From a virus (taxonomy: Duplodnaviria > Caudoviricetes), in the IMG/VR virus record IMGVR_UViG_3300033068_001467, positions 23,794 through 87,793 of that record: a DNA stretch of 64,000 bases. One strand, given 5' to 3'. Below the pieces are notes generated by a model, which had not been told where the DNA came from, did no database searches, and saw nothing but the letters and a program-made list of their open reading frames with translations. The number at the start of each line of letters is the position of its first letter. The stretch's first letter is position 1. Shown here piece by piece: positions 56,431 to 64,000 of the stretch. A program made the position numbers and the translations under genes.

Positions 56431-59400
56431 ATTTTTCAGTGTTAAATATTGTATAGGCGGGTATTGTGTTTAACTGATTGGACTTGACTTCGGTAAAGTA
56501 TTTCAAAGTGTTATACTTTTTATTTAAATCTTGTAAATCAGTGAATTGCCGTGCTATTGGTAGATTTTTCAACAAATATGACTCCGTTCCTGTCCTACCT
56601 GCATTTGCTCCTGTTTTTATTACATCTGAATTAAACAACTTATGAATATCTAAAATAGATTTTGCTGAATCATAAGCCATTAATGGTGCGTCCATAACTC
56701 CTGTGTAAGTAGAGCCTATACCTAATCCTGTTGAATTATTCTCTGTTATAGTTCTATATAGTAATAAGTTAGCCGCCTGTAAAGCAAACAAATCTTTATT
56801 TTCAGGCTCTTCTGCATACCCTCTAACTACAAGTCCTAAAAGCATTAAAGCGTTTAAGAAAGCGGCATCCACTAAAACTCTTTTAAGATTTTGTCTTCTA
56901 ACCATCATTTTATCAAAATCTGCTTCGTTACTTGCTTCATTCCACTCAGTTTTAACGGCTTTTATAAGGTTTCTACCATTGGCATTCCACTCTTTAACAA
57001 TTCCTCCGCAAAAGTTCCATAAAGAAGCATAAGAACCTTCCTCCCATTGTCTTGTTTGAGTATTAAATCCATACCCTTTAAATCTGTTTTCTGTGGCGGT
57101 TACTAAGAATCCTCTGTGAATCATAAAAAAACTCAATAAAGCTGAACGTTGTGCTTTGGATTTATCTTCAGGAGATAGTTGTGTATCTATTCTGATATTT
57201 AAGTTTTTAACTTGTGTTCTTATTTTATTAGAAATATCTTCAATTGATTTTGCTATATCCTCTGAATTTAATTCTTCTTGTAATTTAGCCTCATCAAATT
57301 TTAGTTGTCCATTCTCAACAGAAATATAGTTTTTAATGGCTTTTGCTTCGTAGTTTTGCCATTCTTGTTTAATAGCTTTTTCATCGCCGATAACAAATTT
57401 ACCATCTTTTTCTGTGCGGATTCTACTTGCTCTAAAGTCAGTGTAATTTAAAACTTTTCCATCTACAATTCTAGTGTCATTTAAAGCATACATTGTAGTG
57501 TTTGCAAATATAGAATACATTCCTGCTCCATAAAGCATCATAGAAGTTCGTGGCATCATTCTAGCCAACCACCCATAATTAGAGTTGTGTAAAGACTCCT
57601 CTAATTCAACTGCTCCAAAGAACTGCATAGCTACATTTAAGTAAGCATTGGTATTTATTTGCCCTGCCTCTTTAAAAGCATCTGTTAGGTTTTTTCTAAT
57701 ATCAGCTTGCGCCATTTTGTCTGAGCGTTCTTCTATATATTGCCCCACCCATCTCTCTGTTTGTTTTGTTACAAGTGCCGTAAGTCTAGCAACTGTTGGG
57801 ATTATTACTGAGAAGCCTAAGTTTTTAAATCTCAAATATTTATTAAATTGTTGAAAGGTTTTAGCTAAATCCGCTGTACCTAATGGTGTTGTAACAGGTA
57901 GAGTAAATTCTTCTTTAATCCCCAATAAAGCATAGTCAACTGCCGATTTTGCTTGTTTATAAGCATTTGTTGTTTCTGTTGGTTTTCCTTGGAATTGCTC
58001 TCTTGTTTGAATTTTATCAAAAATAGCCATAATCTCTCCCGAATGTCTCACCAAAGAATTGCGTTTAAAGCCTTCTTTATTTCGCATTGCTATGGAAGTG
58101 AAAAGATTTGTTGAAATATCCTCTCTATCCTCCAACATTCTAGTATAGGGTTTTGGTATTAATTTAGCTTCTGTTCCAAAAGTAGTGTCCCCTTTGATTA
58201 AATCATCATCTGTAAAAGTGAAGAAATCTTTAAAACCATTCTTAATATTTTGTACTCCTTTTATATTAGACTGCCAACGTTCCAAACTCATTTTTCTTAT
58301 TTGAGGTGCAGTGTAGAAATTATATCCATTACCTACTCCCATCTGTTCTAAGCCTGCAACATTTGTTTTCCAAGTGATGTTATATAATTGGGCTAATTTT
58401 TTATTTGAAGAGGTATTTTCATCTATTGTACCATCTTCATTTAAAACTGTATTTTGCCCAAACATTTTATAAAACTCTTCGTTTCTATACATATCCACTC
58501 TAGGTTGTTGCGCACCCATTTTAGAGTTTTTAACATAATTTGGATTTTGAGAATCATCCTCTTCCTGCGTATAATAAGAATAGTTTGGGGATAATTTTAA
58601 ATATTGACTTCTTTCAATTTCATATAAAATTTCATTTATATCTATAGCTTCATTAGATAACTTTTCAATTATACTAGAATATTCAGGTGTTGACATTCGT
58701 TTATAATAAGGTAATAGTTTTTGTTGAGCATACTCTAAAAGAACTTGCTCTTTTAATTTTGAACTATTTTTTACATCAGTTTCTGTAATATCTAAACTAT
58801 CTAAAACTCTATTTAAACTCTTAGGGAGTCCTATTCTATTTCCTTTAATAAAATCATCTATGGAGAATTGAACTCTTCTAATAAGATTTGCATCTGTTTC
58901 TGTAGTATTATCTAAAATAAATTTAAACTTTTCTTTAAATGTTTCTTTTGTGGCGATTTCTCTTTTAAAAGATTCATTTGTTTGTGAAAAAACTTCAAGC
59001 TCTCTACTTAACTGTTCCTCATCTCTTCCCTCTTTTAGAACTTCATTGGCTTGATTTAATAGATTAGACATTTGAAGGTGAAGCTCTTTAACTCGGTCTT
59101 TTGCCGTTTCTGACATAGTTTCAACTTCAATCTCTGATGGATTTGTTTTCTGAGTGTTAGCTTTTAAAATAGCACTAATCTGACTTCTAACTCGTGCCAT
59201 CTCTAAAGCTAATTCATCATCTTTACCCTCTAATTTACTGTAGAGAGATTCTTTATTTTGTTCTTCTCCTTCACTATTTACAAATTTTCCAAGTGCTTCA
59301 TAGTATTCATCTGTAAAACCTAAAAATGCGTTTAGTTTAATAAAATCTAATTGCTCTTGACGGCTTTTACCTTTTAAAGCATCTTTAAAACTTTGAGGAA

Positions 59401-62068
59401 TTTCTGTATTATTTTTGTTTTGTGTCTTAAACTCTTCAACAGTTTGTTTGTCAAGTCTGTTCAAATCCCAAGCCAATACAGCCTCTTTAGAAGCTCCATC
59501 AGAAATAGAATATTCTAATTTACCATCTACAAGCTCTGCTGTTAAACCTTGTTTTAATTCTCCTGTTTCTGAATTATAGTAGTCTTTTGCTGTTTTTCTT
59601 TTCTTTTGTATAAGTTCTAATTCTTGCCTATCCTGTAAAGATAAAGCACTATAGTCAATTCTTCCTTCTTTATCTCTTGCGGCGGTTGTATAGGCAGAAA
59701 CACTACTTAAATAGTTTCCTAACCAAATCTTAGAATCTTCAGAAATACCTAAAGTATCATATTTTTCTTCTATTTTTTTATAGAAATCTTCTTTACGTGG
59801 ATTTTCAATTAAGTCTTTAGTTTTTGCATTCCAAAGTTGCTTTAATTTAGTTTCCTCAGCAAAAGTTAAATCTACTTTACCTTTGTTTCTCAGTTCTATG
59901 ATAGCCTCATCGCTTAGTTTTGAATCTTTTCTAAGTTCTCTATAAGCTTCAACATAAGCCTTGTCTTTATCTTGGTCAAATTTGTTGAAATCTCTGTTTG
60001 AAATAATATAAGAACCGCTTAAAAACTGAGAAATATCTTTTTCTGTATATCCTAACTTTTGAATTTCATCTTGCCACTGCTTTATGTTATTCATCCATGG
60101 ACTTCTAGCACTTTGATGTACATTAACTAAAGTTTGTCCTAATAAACCTAACATACCATCTTTAGAGTTAACTAAAGTCCCGAAATAAGAACTCATTAAA
60201 GAAACATCAGAAAGTTGAGAATTCATCCAAGACTTATAATATTCTCTGTCTGATTCAGGTCTTGCATTGCTATTAATCAATTCATCTACAATTCTTTCAA
60301 TAGTTTGATTTTCCACCAATGATTTTTTAGCTTCTAAACTTGAAAGTGATTTAATCGTTTCATCAATTCTATCCACTAAAGTTTTAGCTATTTTTTCATT
60401 TTTATCGGCAAAAGTGCTATTTAGAAGTCCTTGTTTAATTTCAGCAATACTTTTAGCGAAATTATTAGTTAGTTCTTTAAATAAAATAGTTTCCTCAATA
60501 GAAAGCGCATAAGCTTTGTTATTAAGCTCACTATCTTCAATAGCTTTTTCTAAGTATTTTGTTTTGTTATAAGTTACATCTATTAAAGTAGAGATGCTAT
60601 GAATAGCTTCTTGATTTTCAATTTCACTCTCAATCTCTTTTAATTTATAAACATCTACTTTTGAGAATACTTTGGTACTTTGTAGAGCTGTAGCTGTGTT
60701 ATTTAATTGCGCCAAAAGTTTCTCAGAAGATTTTCTAAGTTGTGCTTCGGGTGTTTTAGTTTCTGTAGAATAAAATGTAAATGCTGATTGGCTTTCTCTA
60801 TTTAAATCTAAAGTGTTTTGGCTGTCATTTGTTTCTATGGAATTGTTTATCTCTTGTAGATAGTCTTTTAGTTCACTTGAAACTTTTAAAGAATCTATGA
60901 AATCTTTTATAAATTCAAACGCTTTTTGAAAGATATTTTTTTGCTCTTCATTTCTATTTGAATAATCTAAAACGCTGTTTTTAATTACTTTACCTAAGAT
61001 TTCTCTTCTTACAATGTTATCTAATTCTTGTCCTGAATAACCGTCTTGTTCATAAATATTAAAGTAAGCCTGTGAGTGCTCCGCCCACTCTTCTGTTTTA
61101 TGTATGTTTCTTAAAATGTTTTCTTTTTTATCCATAGAAGTAGCACTCTCAATAAAGTGAGCCACCTCCTCAACAAAGTCTTCCATAGAAGCAGAGCCTT
61201 CCTCTAAAGCAATTACTTTTTGAGTGATGTCAGCCAAAGCCTTAGCCGATGGGTTAATTCCATTCTTAGATTTGTAATTTTTTAAATAATCGGAAATAGA
61301 TATTATATTAACTCCCAACTTATTTAACAAGTCTAAAAGTTTAATTTGTAAGTCTTTTTCAGATTCGGTTTGCGGTGTAATTTTAAAGTTTTCTCTGTAG
61401 GGTGTTATTTTGCTGTTTTTAAATAGAATAGCGTCATTTGGATTGTCAAAGTCATTGACATCCATTTGCTCCACTTCTTCTTTAGAAAGGTATTTTTCTT
61501 CGCCGTTTTTAAGCTTTAAAAGTTGCTTTCCTTTAGTTTGCTGTAAAGTAAAAGCAAAAGCATCCCTTTTTATAGAGTCTTGTCCTAAATTAGCTAAAGC
61601 AAGTCTTTCTATTTCTAAAGCGTTGAAAGTTTGCTCTAAATCGGTATTACCCTCTCCTTGAAATTTATCTCCTGCTTTTTGTTCGGAAATCATTCCATTT
61701 TCTATAAAAAAGTTTACAAAACCTTCTTTAGTTGATTGGTCTGTATTTTTTACTGTTTTTACTATAGAAGTAAATTCTCCATCTTTTTCAAACCCCACTT
61801 CAATAATCTCGTTTTCTTGAGAGTTTTTTAAAGCCTCTTTGTATGATGTTGTTTTTGTTCCGTCTGATAATTTATTAGTAAACGCCACACCATTCTCATC
61901 ATCTGAAAATTTATCTGTGTAAATGTTTTTATAAACCTCTAGGGCTTTTTCTTTGTTCTCAATTAAAGGGTGTTTAGCTATTGTATTGAACAGCTTTGAC
62001 TCTTTACCTTCTTTATTTGTAACTAATGTTATTTCGTTATTGCTGTTTCTTTTTACTTGACAACTCAT
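56429..62068 (-). CDS. very large (1879 aa) putative virion/ejection protein
   Basis: Size, helical charged N-terminal half, hydrophobic helices near the C-terminus, late-type - strand block; no catalytic motif recognised. Confidence 0.6.
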   Translation of the reverse strand: MSCQVKRNSNNEITLVTNKEGKESKLFNTIAKHPLIENKEKALEVYKNIYTDKFSDDENGVAFTNKLSDGTKTTSYKEALKNSQENEIIEVGFEKDGEFTSIVKTVKNTDQSTKEGFVNFFIENGMISEQKAGDKFQGEGNTDLEQTFNALEIERLALANLGQDSIKRDAFAFTLQQTKGKQLLKLKNGEEKYLSKEEVEQMDVNDFDNPNDAILFKNSKITPYRENFKITPQTESEKDLQIKLLDLLNKLGVNIISISDYLKNYKSKNGINPSAKALADITQKVIALEEGSASMEDFVEEVAHFIESATSMDKKENILRNIHKTEEWAEHSQAYFNIYEQDGYSGQELDNIVRREILGKVIKNSVLDYSNRNEEQKNIFQKAFEFIKDFIDSLKVSSELKDYLQEINNSIETNDSQNTLDLNRESQSAFTFYSTETKTPEAQLRKSSEKLLAQLNNTATALQSTKVFSKVDVYKLKEIESEIENQEAIHSISTLIDVTYNKTKYLEKAIEDSELNNKAYALSIEETILFKELTNNFAKSIAEIKQGLLNSTFADKNEKIAKTLVDRIDETIKSLSSLEAKKSLVENQTIERIVDELINSNARPESDREYYKSWMNSQLSDVSLMSSYFGTLVNSKDGMLGLLGQTLVNVHQSARSPWMNNIKQWQDEIQKLGYTEKDISQFLSGSYIISNRDFNKFDQDKDKAYVEAYRELRKDSKLSDEAIIELRNKGKVDLTFAEETKLKQLWNAKTKDLIENPRKEDFYKKIEEKYDTLGISEDSKIWLGNYLSSVSAYTTAARDKEGRIDYSALSLQDRQELELIQKKRKTAKDYYNSETGELKQGLTAELVDGKLEYSISDGASKEAVLAWDLNRLDKQTVEEFKTQNKNNTEIPQSFKDALKGKSRQEQLDFIKLNAFLGFTDEYYEALGKFVNSEGEEQNKESLYSKLEGKDDELALEMARVRSQISAILKANTQKTNPSEIEVETMSETAKDRVKELHLQMSNLLNQANEVLKEGRDEEQLSRELEVFSQTNESFKREIATKETFKEKFKFILDNTTETDANLIRRVQFSIDDFIKGNRIGLPKSLNRVLDSLDITETDVKNSSKLKEQVLLEYAQQKLLPYYKRMSTPEYSSIIEKLSNEAIDINEILYEIERSQYLKLSPNYSYYTQEEDDSQNPNYVKNSKMGAQQPRVDMYRNEEFYKMFGQNTVLNEDGTIDENTSSNKKLAQLYNITWKTNVAGLEQMGVGNGYNFYTAPQIRKMSLERWQSNIKGVQNIKNGFKDFFTFTDDDLIKGDTTFGTEAKLIPKPYTRMLEDREDISTNLFTSIAMRNKEGFKRNSLVRHSGEIMAIFDKIQTREQFQGKPTETTNAYKQAKSAVDYALLGIKEEFTLPVTTPLGTADLAKTFQQFNKYLRFKNLGFSVIIPTVARLTALVTKQTERWVGQYIEERSDKMAQADIRKNLTDAFKEAGQINTNAYLNVAMQFFGAVELEESLHNSNYGWLARMMPRTSMMLYGAGMYSIFANTTMYALNDTRIVDGKVLNYTDFRASRIRTEKDGKFVIGDEKAIKQEWQNYEAKAIKNYISVENGQLKFDEAKLQEELNSEDIAKSIEDISNKIRTQVKNLNIRIDTQLSPEDKSKAQRSALLSFFMIHRGFLVTATENRFKGYGFNTQTRQWEEGSYASLWNFCGGIVKEWNANGRNLIKAVKTEWNEASNEADFDKMMVRRQNLKRVLVDAAFLNALMLLGLVVRGYAEEPENKDLFALQAANLLLYRTITENNSTGLGIGSTYTGVMDAPLMAYDSAKSILDIHKLFNSDVIKTGANAGRTGTESYLLKNLPIARQFTDLQDLNKKYNTLKYFTEVKSNQLNTIPAYTIFNTEK

Positions 62069-62070
62069 TT

Positions 62071-62286
62071 TTAATTTGTGGGTTTTAAAACTCTATTTAA
62101 TTCTTTGCGGAAAAATTCTTTGTTTGACACTTCTACTTCCATTAGCACTCTTATGTGTTCTTGAATTAAAAGCTCAAAACAGTATTCAAAAGACTTACCC
62201 TCAGTGTTGAAGCCGAGGGTTTTTAAAGTATCTAAGAGGTATTGTTGTTTATCTGTCATTTTGCAAAAGTACTTAAAATTATTCAC
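62071..62286 (-). CDS. hypothetical protein
   Basis: Small ORF between large genes. Confidence 0.55.
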   Translation of the reverse strand: MNNFKYFCKMTDKQQYLLDTLKTLGFNTEGKSFEYCFELLIQEHIRVLMEVEVSNKEFFRKELNRVLKPTN

Positions 62287-64000
62287 ACTTCAAAATATTT
62301 TCACCCTCTTTTTTAGAAAATAAATTATTTTGTTTTATTTCTGTGTTTTGATTTATGTATGGAGCGTAGTTATTTTCATATCCTGGCTCTCTGTCTGTAA
62401 GTCTTGTATAGACATTATTTTGAGTTAATTCAAAAACACCTCTCTGAGTTCTTATAAAATCTTGTGTGCTATCAGCTTGAATTTCATTCTCCGAAATATT
62501 GAAATAATTACCTTTAAATAAAGTAAGCGATTGAGGATTTTTCAAAATAGCCTCTCTTTGTTCTTGAAAAGTTTGTGGTTGTTTTTCTTCTGTTTTTTGT
62601 TCTATATAGTGTTCCAATCCTGTTTCTGTAAAAATATTGTTTTCATTTGGCTTTCTAAGATTATCTCTATATAAATCAGAAAATTCTTCTCCTTCCACTA
62701 TTTTTTCAGGTGTTACATCCTCAAATTTAGTTTTAAAATGTGTGGCATATAAAGCCATTTTTTGTAAGGTTTCTACATCTACGTTTTCTGCTCCTGCTAA
62801 ATAAATGTTTTTAGTGGCTTTACTTAATTCACTATCAGAAAGACCTACAATATCTTTAGCTTCTTCTAAAGTTCTATTTAAAGCATCTGTTTTTAAGTAT
62901 AAATTATTTCCTAAAGGTAGTATTCCAAATTTAGAGAATAGATTGTAATCGTTGTCTTTACCTTGAATTTTAACTATGTTTCTATTGTCTTCAATTACTG
63001 CTTCTCTTACACTTTTATCTACGGCGAAAATATCGTCATACACTTTAGCGAAATCCCCTACTTCTGACGTGTTTAAAGCTGTTCTAAGAGAAGATAATAA
63101 TGTTTTAATATCTTTCTCTGTTTTTAATTCAAAATCTTTTAAATCTAATGAATTTTCAATAGCTCGGTTTTTAACGTCTTTAAGTAAAATTGCTGTTTCT
63201 TTCTCTGTCCAAAGTTCTGTCGGTATGTTTAAGATTCTGTCTATAGCTCTTCTTAAAGTGAAATTTTCATCGGCTTTTAAAGTGACTTCTAAAAATGGTT
63301 TAGTGTTGTTTTTAGGAACATCTTCAAAGTTTATGTCTTTAACAGTTATTCTGTTTAATTTAGAATATTGTTCAAATAATTGTTTAGCATCTTGTTGTAA
63401 GAAACTGAATTCTGAATTACTTAGTTTTTGATTAAACCCTGTTTCATCTTTTATTCCGCCAAACTCCTCTCTAAATTTTGCTTGTTTTATTAAGGGATTA
63501 TCCACTCTTGTTTTTCCTACAATATCTTTATCAAAAGTAGATGTAGCTATAAACATAGGATTAGCTTCTTCAATTATTTCAAAAGGCTCAGTTTGTTTTA
63601 ATCTGTAATAAAACTCTTTAATTTTATTAGGATTTTCTAATATCTTAACTGCTTCTGAATGAGTGTAAAACGTTTTTAGAGATTGTAGAGTGGGATTAGT
63701 TACTTTTGCAGTCTCTAGCTTTTTAATCAATTCGTTTGATGATTTTAAGTTGTTTCCTAAAAGTGTTGCTTTAACTTCATCTATTTGTTCTTTGTTTAAA
63801 GGCTCTTCATAGTTTTTAGTTTCTATAAAATTAATCACTATACCTGCTTTAGGCTCTTCAAACGGTTTTGAGTTTATGTTTATAGTTTCGCCTTTCAATA
63901 AGTCCACAGCCGTTGCTTTACCAAACTCTTCTAAAGTCATATTAGAAACTTGTTCTGCTGTATATTGAGTTAATCCTAAAGCAGTTTTTAATTCTTGCCA
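62279..64000 (-). CDS. large putative virion protein, 5'-truncated by window edge
   Basis: Frame stays open 20 codons past the track ATG (63940) to base 64000 (WQELKTALGLTQYTAEQVSN). Confidence 0.7.
   Translation of the reverse strand, partial: WQELKTALGLTQYTAEQVSNMTLEEFGKATAVDLLKGETININSKPFEEPKAGIVINFIETKNYEEPLNKEQIDEVKATLLGNNLKSSNELIKKLETAKVTNPTLQSLKTFYTHSEAVKILENPNKIKEFYYRLKQTEPFEIIEEANPMFIATSTFDKDIVGKTRVDNPLIKQAKFREEFGGIKDETGFNQKLSNSEFSFLQQDAKQLFEQYSKLNRITVKDINFEDVPKNNTKPFLEVTLKADENFTLRRAIDRILNIPTELWTEKETAILLKDVKNRAIENSLDLKDFELKTEKDIKTLLSSLRTALNTSEVGDFAKVYDDIFAVDKSVREAVIEDNRNIVKIQGKDNDYNLFSKFGILPLGNNLYLKTDALNRTLEEAKDIVGLSDSELSKATKNIYLAGAENVDVETLQKMALYATHFKTKFEDVTPEKIVEGEEFSDLYRDNLRKPNENNIFTETGLEHYIEQKTEEKQPQTFQEQREAILKNPQSLTLFKGNYFNISENEIQADSTQDFIRTQRGVFELTQNNVYTRLTDREPGYENNYAPYINQNTEIKQNNLFSKKEGENILKCE

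Noticed and set aside
56429-62068. crAss-type virion RNA polymerase
   Set aside because: No DFDID/DxDxD catalytic motif seen
855-63431. Opposite-strand ORFs overlapping confident genes (e.g. 855-1073, 15216-15533, 29841-30116, 54168-54482, 57648-57854, 62976-63431)
   Set aside because: Shadow frames of real genes, with low-complexity F/S/L-rich translations and no motifs
1-64000. Stop-codon reassignment
   Set aside because: Long conserved genes are uninterrupted in code 11, and TAA, TAG and TGA all end genes at tight junctions

Overview
AT-rich segment of a large tailed phage with a Bacteroidota (probably Flavobacteriia) host. The host call rests on recurring TTTG-N19/21-TAnnTTTG promoters and a lack of obvious Shine-Dalgarno sites; the long ORFs read through in standard code 11. 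Layout: 1-52.8 kb is a + strand run. It holds an early region of tiny ORFs (3.7-14.5 kb), nucleases, a non-coding structured-RNA zone (21.4-24.1 kb), an RNA-repair cluster (RNA ligase, nucleotidyltransferase, phosphoesterase, kinase), a replication module (SF4 helicase, family B polymerase, two AEP-type primase-like proteins), three homing endonucleases and a C5 DNA methyltransferase. From 53 kb the phage genes run on the - strand; this part includes an intact IS200/IS605 element (tnpA, + strand tnpB) and very large, probably virion-associated ORFs. The most striking unannotated structure is two integron-like gene-cassette arrays (17.1-18.3 kb and 38.7-42.0 kb). Each has attC-like TAACGTT...TGTTA hairpin sites, cassettes bounded by their own inverted repeats, a shared attI-like segment and a downstream tyrosine recombinase that lacks the IntI-specific insertion. 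Their geometry is inverted relative to classical integrons. Other signals: a dispersed T-tract/CGGCG/A-tract motif (about 50 copies seen), three kissing-hairpin leaders sharing one architecture, candidate ncRNAs, and phage promoter sequence duplicated inside the IS. All calls come from reading the sequence and motifs by eye; no database searches or folding programs were run.
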